Assembly (NCBI GenBank): GCA_044360285.1
Contig: JBIKKP010000002.1
Span: 1-63,210, forward strand
DNA: 63,210 bases
Source of the DNA: Rickettsiales bacterium
Lineage (GTDB): Bacteria; Pseudomonadota; Alphaproteobacteria; Rickettsiales; UBA1997
Reading direction: 5' to 3'
The notes beneath the pieces are model-generated. The model saw nothing but the letters and a program-made list of their open reading frames with translations. It made no database searches and was not told the DNA's origin. A program made the translations under genes and the position numbers. Positions 35,064 through 45,271 of this stretch are shown here, piece after piece (within the stretch, counting starts at the first letter, position 1; every line of letters begins with the position of its first letter).

Positions 35064-37427
35064 ATGAAACTTACTCTATCTTGGCTCAAAGAGTATCTTC
35101 ACACCGACGCATCTCTTGAAAAAATTTGCAAAACCCTAACCAGAATCGGTTTAGAAGTTGAGTCAGTTGAAGATAAGGCACAGAGCCTGGCGCCTTTTTA
35201 TGTTGCACAAATCATTGAAGCAAAGCCGCACGAAAATTCTACCAAGCTGCAAATCTGCAGCGTTCAAACTACAGAACCAAATCCAATTCAAGTAATTTGT
35301 GGCGCAGCAAATGCGCGAAGTGGACTAAAAGTTGCCTTCGCACCAATTGGTTCAACAATTCCTGCAAATGGGCTAGTAATCAAAAAAGCAAAAATCGCCG
35401 GCGTTGAAAGCAGTGGAATGCTTTGCTCAGCTCGTGAACTTGGCCTTGGCAATGAAGATGCGGGCATCATCGAAATTGATGAAAAATGGCAAATTGGTGC
35501 AAAAATCAGCGAGGTTTTTTCACAAAATGACGCAATAATTGAAATCAATGTCACCCCAAATCGCGGCGATTGCTTGGGAATTTACAACATTGCCCGCGAC
35601 CTTGCTGCAGCTGGCCTTGGAACACTGAACCATCCACAAATTGCTAAAACAAAATCGCAATTTGCGCTGCCAATTTCGCTAAAAAACGAAGCACCAGAAA
35701 TCTGCAGCCGCGCCGCTTTTCGCTACATCAAAAATGTTAAAAATTGTGAATCACCAAAATGGCTGAAAGACCAGCTAAGCGCACTTGGCATGAATTCAAT
35801 TTCAGCAATTGTTGACGTCACAAATTATGTCATGCTTGCTTTCAATCGCCCGATGCATGCTTACGACGCCAGCAAAATCAACGGTGCACTGACAATTCGT
35901 TTGGCAAAAAATGATGAAAAATTCATCTCACTAAAAAATGACGAGTTCACTTTAGATGAAAAAGTTTTGGTAATTGCTGACGACAAAAAGGCGCTAGGAA
36001 TTGCCGGAATCATTGGCTCAAACAATTCTGGTTGCGATGCACAAACTTCAGAAATTTTACTCGAAGCAGCCTTTTTTGATGCAGAAAATATCGCTAGGAC
36101 CGGCCGTAAATTATCAATTTTATCTGACGCCAGACATCGCTTTGAGCGCGGCGTTGACGCAAATAGCTGCGAACTTGGCATTGATCTGGCAACTAAACTA
36201 ATTATTGAGATTTGCGGCGGCGAAGTAAGTGAAGTCGATGTTCTTGGTAAAGCAGAAACGGCAAAAAAAATTAAATTCAATCTCGATAAAATTAAAAAAC
36301 TAACTGGCGTTGAAGTTGCGCCAACACAAGCTGCAGAGATTTTAGAAAAACTTGGATTTTTGCTGCAAAAACAAATTGATGGAAAATTAATTGTCGAAGT
36401 TCCGTCGCATCGCCACGATATTTTTGCCAGTGAAGATTTGGTTGAAGAAGTAGTTAGAATTTTTGGTTACGACAAAATTGGTAAAACGCCGCTGCCAATT
36501 TTTGCGGAAAAAAAAGAAACCAACATTTTGCACAAAGTCAGAACCAACCTGGCTTCTCAAGGTTTTATTGAAACAATTTCTTGGTCTTTTGTTGATGAAA
36601 ATTTGGTCGAAATTTTTGACGAAAAAAATCCAAAACTCACTTTAGCTAATCCCATTTCATCTGAACTAAACCATATGCGCCCTAGTCTGGCAATTGGTTT
36701 GCTTGAGTCTTACAAAAAGAATGTTGCCCGAAATTTCAGCAATTTATCGCTTTTTGAAATTGGTAACGTGTTTGTGCAAGATGCGCAAAAGCTAGTAATT
36801 TCAGGCCTTCGCGCTGGAAAAAACAAAGAAGAAAATCATTATGGCGATGCCAGAAATTTTGATATTTTTGACGTCAAAAAAGATTTTTCTGAAGTAATTG
36901 AAACTTTCGGCCTGCGTTTTGAAAGCCTGCAGCTTAGCACTGCAAACGCGCCAAGATATTACCATCCACACCGTTTTGCTGAGCTGAGACTTGGAAAAAA
37001 CTTGGTTGGATTTTTTGGCGAAGTTCACCCAGCAATTGCCAAAAAATTTGATCTAAAAAATCGCGTAAATCTTTTTGAAATTTTTGTTGATGCCCTGCCA
37101 AACCAACAGAAATCTGGCGCTAGAAAGGCTTACATCCAAAATGATTTGCAGCTTGTTGAACGCGATTTCGCTTTTGTTGTTGATAAAACTCAAGCTGTTG
37201 GTGACATCATAAAAACCATCGCAAACACTGACAAACAACTGATCAAAGAGGTTTCAATTTTTGATATTTTCAACGGAAAAAATCTTGAAGAAGGCAAAAA
37301 ATCTATCGCTTTCAAAGTGCTGATTCAGCCAATTGAGAAGACTCTAACTTCTGATGAAATTGAAGCGATTTCTAAAAAAATTATCGATGCTGTAAGCAAC
37401 GTCCACAAAGCTTCGCTGCGTTCTTAG
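35064..37427 (+). CDS. pheT: Phenylalanyl-tRNA synthetase beta subunit
   Basis: 787 aa. 'MKLTLSWLKEYL' N-terminus, tRNA-binding domain, and B3/4, B5 and FDX-ACB-like C-terminal regions. Confidence 0.93.
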   Translation: MKLTLSWLKEYLHTDASLEKICKTLTRIGLEVESVEDKAQSLAPFYVAQIIEAKPHENSTKLQICSVQTTEPNPIQVICGAANARSGLKVAFAPIGSTIPANGLVIKKAKIAGVESSGMLCSARELGLGNEDAGIIEIDEKWQIGAKISEVFSQNDAIIEINVTPNRGDCLGIYNIARDLAAAGLGTLNHPQIAKTKSQFALPISLKNEAPEICSRAAFRYIKNVKNCESPKWLKDQLSALGMNSISAIVDVTNYVMLAFNRPMHAYDASKINGALTIRLAKNDEKFISLKNDEFTLDEKVLVIADDKKALGIAGIIGSNNSGCDAQTSEILLEAAFFDAENIARTGRKLSILSDARHRFERGVDANSCELGIDLATKLIIEICGGEVSEVDVLGKAETAKKIKFNLDKIKKLTGVEVAPTQAAEILEKLGFLLQKQIDGKLIVEVPSHRHDIFASEDLVEEVVRIFGYDKIGKTPLPIFAEKKETNILHKVRTNLASQGFIETISWSFVDENLVEIFDEKNPKLTLANPISSELNHMRPSLAIGLLESYKKNVARNFSNLSLFEIGNVFVQDAQKLVISGLRAGKNKEENHYGDARNFDIFDVKKDFSEVIETFGLRFESLQLSTANAPRYYHPHRFAELRLGKNLVGFFGEVHPAIAKKFDLKNRVNLFEIFVDALPNQQKSGARKAYIQNDLQLVERDFAFVVDKTQAVGDIIKTIANTDKQLIKEVSIFDIFNGKNLEEGKKSIAFKVLIQPIEKTLTSDEIEAISKKIIDAVSNVHKASLRS

Positions 37428-37430
37428 TAA

Positions 37431-38363
37431 CTATTTACGCACTTTGCGTGGCAAGGCAAAAAAGGTGTTTTCGTCAACGCCGTTCATATCAACGACTTGC
37501 AAGGTTGGGCCAGAAATTTTACGGATTTTTTCAATCACTTCCTGCACCAAAACTTCCGGAGCAGATGCGCCAGCGGTCAAGCCGATGTTTTCCACACCAT
37601 TAAACCAATTTTCGTTTAAATCTTGCGCCCCGTTGATGAGATAAGATGGCAAGCCTGACTCTTCGCCAAGGTCGCGCAAGCGATTGGAATTCGAGCTATT
37701 TTGCGCACCAATCACCAATAACATATCAACCATTTTTGACAAGGCGCGCACTGCATCTTGGCGGTTTTGCGTTGCATAACAAATGTCCTTAGTTGCCAGC
37801 CCCTGCTGCATTTGCGGGAATCTTTTTTCAAGAATTTCGGCAATTTTTTTTGTGTCATCAACGCTTAAAGTTGTCTGCGTCACGTAAGCAATTTTTTCTG
37901 GATTTTGCACTTCAACATTTCGTGCATCTTCTTCGCTGGTCACTAAAATTACCTGCTTCTTCACGCGACCGCTGGTGCCTTCAACTTCTGGATGGCCGCG
38001 GTGGCCAATGAGGATGATTTCGTAATCTTCCTCCTCATATTTTTTTGCTTCGCGATGAACTTTGCTAACCAGCGGACAAGTGGCGTCAATTACGTCTAAT
38101 CCACGCACTGCAGCATCTTCTTCTACTTTATCGGAAACGCCGTGAGCAGAAAAAATTGTGATCGCACCTGGCGGAATTTGATCAACTTCACTCACGAAAA
38201 CCGCGCCTTTTTTACGCAGGGATTCAACAACGAACTTATTATGCACGATCTCGTGGCGCACGTAAACTGGCGGCCCAAACTTGGTTAAAGCTCTTTCAAC
38301 TGTTTCAATTGCTCTGGTGACCCCAGCGCAAAATCCACGCGGCTTAGCAAGGATAATTTTCAT
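37431..38363 (-). CDS. ispH: 4-hydroxy-3-methylbut-2-enyl diphosphate reductase
   Basis: 310 aa. 'PRGFCAGVTRAI' N-terminus and conserved Cys ligands. Confidence 0.93.
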   Translation of the reverse strand: MKIILAKPRGFCAGVTRAIETVERALTKFGPPVYVRHEIVHNKFVVESLRKKGAVFVSEVDQIPPGAITIFSAHGVSDKVEEDAAVRGLDVIDATCPLVSKVHREAKKYEEEDYEIILIGHRGHPEVEGTSGRVKKQVILVTSEEDARNVEVQNPEKIAYVTQTTLSVDDTKKIAEILEKRFPQMQQGLATKDICYATQNRQDAVRALSKMVDMLLVIGAQNSSNSNRLRDLGEESGLPSYLINGAQDLNENWFNGVENIGLTAGASAPEVLVQEVIEKIRKISGPTLQVVDMNGVDENTFFALPRKVRK

Positions 38364-38381
38364 TTTACCGTCAAAAAATTA

Positions 38382-38419
38382 CGAAAAAAAACTGCGCCAA
38401 ATGTCTATTGGCGCAGTTT
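38382..38419 (-). terminator. Rho-independent terminator of the Hpt-containing operon
   Basis: AAACTGCGCCA / TGGCGCAGTTT stem. On the minus strand it is followed by a run of T (the plus-strand A-run at 38383-38390). Confidence 0.65.
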
Positions 38420-38449
38420 GAAACTGAAATTAAAAATGGCTTACGGATT

Positions 38450-38794
38450 TTACTTATCCAGCAGGTCTTCGTTGAAAAATTCTAAAACCAGGCGGAATTC
38501 TTCTTTAACTTTCGTTAGCATTTCTTGCTTTTTTGGGGCGGTTTCTTCTGGGTTTTTTTGTGCATGCTCTAGAGCCTCGGCCAATTTGAAGGCGCCAATT
38601 GAAGCTGAAGCACCTTTAAATGCGTGTGCCGCCATATACCAAGAGTTGTTGTCGCCGCTTTTTACCGCTTCTTCCATTTTAACCATATTGCGGTAAGCAT
38701 TTTCAGAAAAAATTCCGAATAACTCTTTTTCAAATCCGATATCATTCTCGATAATGCTTCTCAGAAATTCGGTATCTACTGCTTTATTACTCAT
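38450..38794 (-). CDS. Histidine phosphotransfer (Hpt) domain protein
   Basis: 114 aa. 'AAHAFKGASASIGAFKLAE' is the HxxKG Hpt signature. Confidence 0.75.
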   Translation of the reverse strand: MSNKAVDTEFLRSIIENDIGFEKELFGIFSENAYRNMVKMEEAVKSGDNNSWYMAAHAFKGASASIGAFKLAEALEHAQKNPEETAPKKQEMLTKVKEEFRLVLEFFNEDLLDK

Positions 38795-38807
38795 GTTAAA
38801 TTTATGT

Positions 38808-39326
38808 TTAGTTAACGACTAGACTTGTAGCTAGAGGGCTGAGCCTCACGCCTGATTCTTTGAACATTTTTTGGTTCAAAGTCAATTCAAAATTTCTTCT
38901 TCCCATCTGAATTTGAACAATTCCACCAGATTCTGCGAAGCCTTCAAAGATGCCAATGGTAAGGACTTTCGCCTTATTAAATTTTAATACATCTACCCAA
39001 ACAGTTTTTTTGTTTCCAACGGCAACGTAAATCGCACTACAGATTTTATATTGGTCAGGAGAGGTATTTAGATCGATATAGTTTTTTTCACGCGAAAGAA
39101 TTTTCGAAATTTCATCTTTACCGATAGCGCAAACAGCAGTATGGCCAGAGGGAAATTGTGAACCGCGGATCATTTCTTTTATGAAAGAACCAAAGGCCAT
39201 TGCCTCCTCTGCCTCAATTACATCAGCTTTTGACGCAAAAGAGAAAAAGAGCAAGGCGAGGACTGCGTAATTGGCAGTAAAGCGGGCTAGGTCGCGTGCG
39301 ATTTGTGGTATCATCAGTTTTAACAT
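38808..39326 (-). CDS. YfiR-family (DUF4154) periplasmic protein
   Basis: It has a signal peptide. 'AMAFGSFIKEMI' and the tail 'VLTIGIFEGFAESGGIVQIQMGRRNFELTLNQKMFKESGVRLSPL' follow the DUF4154 pattern. Confidence 0.65.
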   Translation of the reverse strand: MLKLMIPQIARDLARFTANYAVLALLFFSFASKADVIEAEEAMAFGSFIKEMIRGSQFPSGHTAVCAIGKDEISKILSREKNYIDLNTSPDQYKICSAIYVAVGNKKTVWVDVLKFNKAKVLTIGIFEGFAESGGIVQIQMGRRNFELTLNQKMFKESGVRLSPLATSLVVN

Positions 39327-39347
39327 TCTTCTTCGAAAGACTGCTTA

Positions 39348-41321
39348 CTAATATTGCCAAACCATCTTCACGTAGAATGTACGGCCGATCATGGTTTGGT
39401 TATTATAGAGAGCCCTTTTGAATTCAGTGTGAACCTGGTTGAAAAGGTTTTGTACACCAACACTGAGATCAAGGTTTTTAGTAGCGAGATAGCCAAGTCT
39501 TGTATCAAATCTGACATAAGATGGAATACCTTTGCCTTGGTTGGTGATGCCTTTGTTTAAGCCACTTACGTAATAAAGGATGTTGTCAAACTCGAGTTTT
39601 GGCGTGATATTATAGAATGATTTCAACTTAAACTGATCATGCGGAGATTGACCTTCTGCATTCTCTAGGTTGTCACTTGCAGAAAGAACAGAGCGATTAT
39701 CAAGCGATTGGTCGCCAACACGAAGATCAATTTGCAAATGATCATAGTTTGCTTCCAATTTCCAATTATCTGCTGCTTGCCATTTTCCAGTAATTTCAAA
39801 TCCATAAGATTCGCCATGACCTTGGTTAGAGGCAACTGGAGGATTTATGCCGGTTGCTTCGAAGGTGCGTAGCTTGGAATAATCATTATAGAAAGCGGTT
39901 GCATCAATCAAAGTTTTTGTCGTTGGTTTAATTTTATAACCAACTTCGTAAGCAATTAGCTGCTCAATTCCATAATTTGGGCTGCCTTGATTAATCACTA
40001 ATGCACTATTTTCGTTACGAATTGTCACGTCGCTTTCGCCTCTGGTTGGCGTTCTAACCGCTCTAGAAACTGAAGCCCAAAGTGTTTGGTTGCGTGCTGG
40101 ATAAAAAGCTAAACGAGCATTTGGCTGATATTCAAAGCCAGTAAATTCGTTTTTCTCGAATTTTGAACCAACAGTGAGATAAAGTTTATCAGCAACTAAA
40201 CCGATTTTATCTTGAATGAAAGCGGTAAAAAGTTGGTCATTACGTTTTTCATTTGAGTAATGCAGAGGGATAATTCCATTAACGTCACTTTCAGTCATTT
40301 TATCTTGAATCTGCCTATAACCCAAACCCCAAATAAATTGGTTTTCGCGAGAGAAGTTGTAAAAATGCTGGAAGTCTAAATCCAAAGTGCGCGCACTTCT
40401 TCCTAAAACCGGAATTTTGAACTGATCATAATCAAGATAGCTGTTCAAAATGAAGTTAGATTTATTGGAAAGTTTTTTATTCCAATTGACCATGAAATTA
40501 CCGCCGCGCGATTCTTTGTCATTCTTGCTTGGGTTGTTGAGATTGGCGAAATAATTTTCTGCAGTGCCACTAAAAACATCACCATGAACCGAAATTGTGT
40601 TGTCGGTAATTGAGCTCACATCATATCTGAAGCCCGCTCTATCTTGCCTGATGCCATCATCATTTCCCGCCCTTGTTGTGACGCGATCTAAACCATCACG
40701 CACTGCTTTTTTGGCATAAAATCTGTAAGAATCGTGATCTTTGGTTTCACCACCATATCGAACTTCAGTGATTGATTTATCTTGATCGCCCAAAATTTGT
40801 GAAGCGTAAAAACCTTGGGTTTGCGCTGCACTTTTAGTAATGATGTTGATCACACCATTTACCGCATTAGCACCCCATATTGTTCCACCTGGTCCACGCA
40901 CAACTTCAATACGATCAATATCTTCAATTACATAGTCTTGAACATCCCAGACCACACCAGAAAACAAGTTGGTGTAAACCGTTCTACCATCAATCATCAC
41001 CAATAATTTATTGGCAAATTGGCGATTAAAACCACGCGAAGTAATTGCCCATTTATTACCATCCATTCGAGCAACTTGAATTCCTGGAACAAGTCTTAAA
41101 GCTTCTGGAATAGAGGTTGCACCAGATCTTCTGATGTCTTCTGAAGAAAGAACATAAGTTGCAGAAGGAGCGTCAAAGGCGTTCTCTTTCTTTTTTGATA
41201 ATGAAAAAACTTCGGGATTAAAAAATGTTCCGCCTGACGACTTTTTATCCTCTTCGGCTTTAGCTATGTTACTAAAGCAAAGAAGCGAAGCCAGTGCAAT
41301 TGCGGTCCCGAGTTTTTTCAT
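39348..41321 (-). CDS. TonB-dependent outer-membrane receptor
   Basis: Signal peptide. Plug domain 'ATYVLSSEDIRRSGATSIPEALRLVPGIQV'. The C-terminal barrel ends 'GRTFYVKMVWQY'. Confidence 0.88.
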   Translation of the reverse strand: MKKLGTAIALASLLCFSNIAKAEEDKKSSGGTFFNPEVFSLSKKKENAFDAPSATYVLSSEDIRRSGATSIPEALRLVPGIQVARMDGNKWAITSRGFNRQFANKLLVMIDGRTVYTNLFSGVVWDVQDYVIEDIDRIEVVRGPGGTIWGANAVNGVINIITKSAAQTQGFYASQILGDQDKSITEVRYGGETKDHDSYRFYAKKAVRDGLDRVTTRAGNDDGIRQDRAGFRYDVSSITDNTISVHGDVFSGTAENYFANLNNPSKNDKESRGGNFMVNWNKKLSNKSNFILNSYLDYDQFKIPVLGRSARTLDLDFQHFYNFSRENQFIWGLGYRQIQDKMTESDVNGIIPLHYSNEKRNDQLFTAFIQDKIGLVADKLYLTVGSKFEKNEFTGFEYQPNARLAFYPARNQTLWASVSRAVRTPTRGESDVTIRNENSALVINQGSPNYGIEQLIAYEVGYKIKPTTKTLIDATAFYNDYSKLRTFEATGINPPVASNQGHGESYGFEITGKWQAADNWKLEANYDHLQIDLRVGDQSLDNRSVLSASDNLENAEGQSPHDQFKLKSFYNITPKLEFDNILYYVSGLNKGITNQGKGIPSYVRFDTRLGYLATKNLDLSVGVQNLFNQVHTEFKRALYNNQTMIGRTFYVKMVWQY

Positions 41322-41336
41322 AGGATTTTTCTATTA

Positions 41337-42098
41337 TTAATTAACCAATTTCATATACATCGGAAACATCTTAGCAAAATTGTAAGTCGACTTCTTACAC
41401 CAAAGTCGATTCATCACAATTTCGATTTGATATCCGAAACTATTGAAAATTCTTCTGTAATCTCTACAGGTGACAACCATTGCTACGCCGCATAAATAAT
41501 CACACGAAAGCACTTTAGCTTTTCTTAAAGCATGCCAAAAAAGCTCACCAGAAACTTTGCCGTTTCTTTCACCTTTCGCAACAACGACTGCTGAAATTTC
41601 AAAAAAAGTTAGGTTCTCTCTGCTGTCATATTTCGCGATGATTGGAGCATAAACATATTCGCTTCCAGGAATTTCATTTGAGAGATGATCGCATTCGTTT
41701 GAAATCATCGCTCTTACGCCACCAACAACTTTTCCGTTTTTTACAGCAACAATGATGCGACCTTGTTTATCATATTCGCATTCAGCGCCATCATATTCCG
41801 CCCAGCCATTCTCGTTGCGATAGGCATCATGGCGAAGCTCGTAATATTGACGAAGAAGTTCAGGATCTTTTGTTTCAAAAACCTCTAATGCTACTTCAGC
41901 TGATTCTTGTAAATGTTTTACATTTGCAACAATGCCATCGGCGACATTTTTGATTTGTTGCGCCGCTGTAGAAATGGCGACCAATTTTGCTGATTCGCTA
42001 AACTTGTCGATTATTTTATTTTTTTGTGACCCGTGCTGAGTTGTCGTTTCAACTGTTGCAAAGGCGTCTACAGACCTTAGTGGTATCGCTCTGTCCAT
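41337..42098 (-). CDS. GNAT-fold acyltransferase, LuxI/FeeM-like (putative N-acyl amino acid or autoinducer synthase) with a ~70-aa N-terminal extension
   Basis: AGGAG SD upstream. 'YYELRHDAYRNENGWAEYDGAECEYDKQGRIIVAVKNGKVVGGVR' follows the R..vF...gW....E.D.yD....v..G..R pattern of autoinducer and N-acyl amino acid synthases. The assignment is tentative. Confidence 0.4.
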   Translation of the reverse strand: MDRAIPLRSVDAFATVETTTQHGSQKNKIIDKFSESAKLVAISTAAQQIKNVADGIVANVKHLQESAEVALEVFETKDPELLRQYYELRHDAYRNENGWAEYDGAECEYDKQGRIIVAVKNGKVVGGVRAMISNECDHLSNEIPGSEYVYAPIIAKYDSRENLTFFEISAVVVAKGERNGKVSGELFWHALRKAKVLSCDYLCGVAMVVTCRDYRRIFNSFGYQIEIVMNRLWCKKSTYNFAKMFPMYMKLVN

Positions 42099-42180
42099 CT
42101 TATGGCTCCTAAAAAATTATTAAAAAAAATCCCAACTTCAGATCATTTTTGGTTAATCACTGAAATTTTGAGAGAAAACT

Positions 42181-42210
42181 TTGACAGGGCATTTAACGAT
42201 TTGAGATAAA
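42181..42210 (+). promoter_or_regulatory. Candidate sigma70-type promoter for the hybrid kinase gene
   Basis: TTGACA (42181-42186), an 18-nt spacer, then GATAAA. Sequence resemblance only. Confidence 0.3.
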
Positions 42211-42359
42211 GCAAAAATCTACTTGCGATTCCGCACAACCAAAAAAATTTAAGTCGTGCGCCGGCCAAAATTCAGCGCGAACCTTTGCAGCGAACCAACA
42301 AAAACAAGTTCGGCGATAGGCTTAAATAGACCAACCAGGGACTTTGTTTCAAAAAGAGA

Positions 42360-45206
42360 ATGAGCGCAAAAGCAGAAAACAGCAAAAAAAGAAGACATTC
42401 AAGACGTGGTCTCCCTGACCTTATCGACAGGATTTTTTATCGACTGTCTTTGATACTTCCAAGTCGAAACGCAATCTATCACGAAAAAATAAAAGAACGC
42501 AGCAAGCTAGATCCCACCTACCCTAGGCGCTTTTACCGTATCAAAAAAAGATACGAAAAAATTCGCGACAAACGCAGCAAAAGAAAACGCGCGATGGATC
42601 TTGGCAAAGCCTATTCCATCTTCTCGCTTGTCCTTGTTTTTCTCATCTTAAGTTGGGTGACGATAAACGCCTTTATGATCTATCGCAATTTCTGGATCGA
42701 TCTCAATAAACAGGTAAAATTCCAAACAAAAGTAATCGAAAAAGCTGCTGTAGCCCTGATGAGTGGCGTTGATAACTACATAAACTATGTTGGTGACAAG
42801 CTGATGACTTTTGGCGGCGAGAAAAATAAAAAGGTCATCGCTCAGATGATCAGAAAGACCTTAAATAAAGACGTTTCACAACAAAACGTTTCATCATGGA
42901 TTGGCATCGACTTCGTCAGCCCACAGCAAAAAATTATCGTCACCAGTAAAAAAATTCTAGAAACACCTCTTGATCCACCAAGCTATTTTCCCTTGGAAGA
43001 AGCTCGTAGCAAAGCCGCTTGGCGCATTAGAATTGGTCAAAGAACCCATATCGAAAACGACCTTTTTTCTTACGACATGTTGCCGGTTGCCATGCGAATT
43101 GACTATGACAATCTTGAGTCAATTGGCACCTTCATCGCTCAAGTTCCGCTCGAGGCAATTCAGCGCCAAATTGATTGGGTATTTGGCGATGAAAATATCT
43201 GCTTCTTCGTCGTTGATAAAAATTTCGACATCTTAGCCAACTCAAAAAACTTCACAAAAGAAGCTTATGTCAAAAACAAGGTCGAGAAAGATTACTTCAT
43301 TGCACAACAAAAACTAATCGACGCTTCAGCAACTTACGACACCGCGCCAGACTTTTTTATGAAAATCAGCGGCTGCAACTTCAATTACTTCCAAAAGACG
43401 TCACAATATAATATGACGGTTTTCACCGGCTATCAAGAACGGCTCGCTTTCAAAAACTTACTTTTTCAACTCATTGTCTCAGTTGGTCAATCAATTGGTG
43501 TGGCCTTCTTTTTCATGGGCACAATTTACATTTTCCGCCGCGTACAAATTGGTCCATTCGTTCGCGAACTTGTTAACGCCAAAACTGCCGCCGAAGCAGC
43601 CAGCGTAGCAAAAAGCCAATTCCTTTCCAACATGAGTCACGAGCTGCGCACACCAATGAACGGTATCATTGGTATGAGCCAAGCTCTGCGCGACTCTGGC
43701 ACAATTGTTGGTGAAGAGCTTGATCAAGTTTCAACAATCAATCGTTCCGCTGACGCACTTCTCGTTATCCTCAATGACATTCTTAACTTCTCTAAAATCG
43801 AGGCGCGCAAAATCAGCCTCGAAATCATCAATTTTGAATTACGCGATTTACTTGAAGACGTCGCCAATCTTCTTTCCAGCACCGCCAGCAACAAAGGTTT
43901 AGAGATCATCACTAATATCAACAACGGAATCCCATTTTCGCTTGAATCTGATCCAGGACGTATTCGCCAAATCCTCAATAACCTTATCAACAACGCGATC
44001 AAATTCACTTATTACGGACAAATTTTTATCGAAGTCACGCTTGAGAAAAAGGAAAAAGACATGCTCCACCTCAAGTTCAACGTCAAAGATAGCGGCATTG
44101 GAATTCCGCAGGAGAAAATTAACACAATGTTCACCGCCTTTAACCAAGCTGACATGTCAACGACCAGAAAATATGGCGGCACCGGCCTTGGATTATCAAT
44201 TTGCCGCGAGCTCGTTGAAATCATGGGCGGAAAAATTGGCGTCACCAGCGAGATGGGTAAGGGCTCTAACTTCTATTTCATTTTGCCGGTACGCGAATCG
44301 CAAACAGAAGAACTTGATATTTATGCTAAACAAAAAACCGAAATCGTCGGTAAAAAAGTTATTTTAGTTGAAAATAACGCAACCGGCCGTGATGCATACA
44401 AATACTATCTCGACAGCCTTGGGTTGAATAACGTAAACATCGTATTTCCAAACGATCTCACTGACAAAAAATTAAAAACTGAATTCGCTGTTGCTGAGCT
44501 TATGCAACAAAAAGATGCCGACGTCTTCATCCTCAGCCATAACTCGCACACCGCAACTAACGCAATTGAGATTGCTGAAAAAATTAAGGAAAATGAAGCG
44601 CTGAAAAACATTCCGCTGATTCTTTTAATCTCGACGCAAGATAAGATAAAAATCAGCGCCGATTCGCTGAAGATTTTTGATCGCATTGTGCTCAAACCAA
44701 TAAAACGCAACCGCTTGCTGTTGGCTTTGTTCTTTGTGCTGAAAGTTTCTTATTACGAAGAAGAAGGAACTCTCATTGAAGCTGGAAAAACCGTCGAAAA
44801 GAAAGAGACTTTCAAAAGACTAAGTGTGCTGATTTGCGAAGATAATGAGGTAAATATGAAGGTTGCTATTGCCCTTCTCAAGCGCTTCAACATCGAGTTA
44901 GATTTTGCCGAAAATGGCCAAGAAGCGATCAATAAATTCATCCATAAAAAATATGATCTAATTTTTATGGATTGCATGATGCCAATCATGGACGGCTTCC
45001 AAGCCACTGCCGAAATCAGAAAAATTGAAAAAGAACGTCAGGTTAAAGAACCAATTTACATCTGTGCTTTGACTGCAAATGCCAGCGAAGAAGATAAGAA
45101 AAAATGCGCAGAAGCCGGAATGAATGACTTTGTTTCAAAACCGCTGAAGAAAGAATCGATTGCCGAAGCGCTTAAAAAAGCAACGAAAGAAGTTAGTGCG
45201 GTATAA
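42360..45206 (+). CDS. Hybrid sensor histidine kinase with a periplasmic sensor domain, a degenerate receiver and a canonical C-terminal receiver
   Basis: 948 aa. Two TM helices flank a ~250-aa sensor region. HisKA '[11 protein letters not shown]'. HATPase '[19 protein letters not shown]'. A pseudo-receiver has '[15 protein letters not shown]', with the acidic pocket and acceptor Asp replaced. The true receiver has '[24 protein letters not shown]'. Confidence 0.9.
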   Translation: MSAKAENSKKRRHSRRGLPDLIDRIFYRLSLILPSRNAIYHEKIKERSKLDPTYPRRFYRIKKRYEKIRDKRSKRKRAMDLGKAYSIFSLVLVFLILSWVTINAFMIYRNFWIDLNKQVKFQTKVIEKAAVALMSGVDNYINYVGDKLMTFGGEKNKKVIAQMIRKTLNKDVSQQNVSSWIGIDFVSPQQKIIVTSKKILETPLDPPSYFPLEEARSKAAWRIRIGQRTHIENDLFSYDMLPVAMRIDYDNLESIGTFIAQVPLEAIQRQIDWVFGDENICFFVVDKNFDILANSKNFTKEAYVKNKVEKDYFIAQQKLIDASATYDTAPDFFMKISGCNFNYFQKTSQYNMTVFTGYQERLAFKNLLFQLIVSVGQSIGVAFFFMGTIYIFRRVQIGPFVRELVNAKTAAEAASVAKSQFLSNMSHELRTPMNGIIGMSQALRDSGTIVGEELDQVSTINRSADALLVILNDILNFSKIEARKISLEIINFELRDLLEDVANLLSSTASNKGLEIITNINNGIPFSLESDPGRIRQILNNLINNAIKFTYYGQIFIEVTLEKKEKDMLHLKFNVKDSGIGIPQEKINTMFTAFNQADMSTTRKYGGTGLGLSICRELVEIMGGKIGVTSEMGKGSNFYFILPVRESQTEELDIYAKQKTEIVGKKVILVENNATGRDAYKYYLDSLGLNNVNIVFPNDLTDKKLKTEFAVAELMQQKDADVFILSHNSHTATNAIEIAEKIKENEALKNIPLILLISTQDKIKISADSLKIFDRIVLKPIKRNRLLLALFFVLKVSYYEEEGTLIEAGKTVEKKETFKRLSVLICEDNEVNMKVAIALLKRFNIELDFAENGQEAINKFIHKKYDLIFMDCMMPIMDGFQATAEIRKIEKERQVKEPIYICALTANASEEDKKKCAEAGMNDFVSKPLKKESIAEALKKATKEVSAV

Positions 45207-45210
45207 CTTG

Positions 45211-45256
45211 CTTGATGCTGGGCGGGATTTGAAATCCCGCCCTCAATGTTCATGCC
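45211..45256. repeat. Family-2 palindromic element downstream of the kinase gene
   Basis: CTTGATGCT GGGCGGGATTTGAAATCCCGCCC TCAATGTTCATGCC. Confidence 0.85.
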
Positions 45257-45271
45257 AAATTAAAACCTAAT

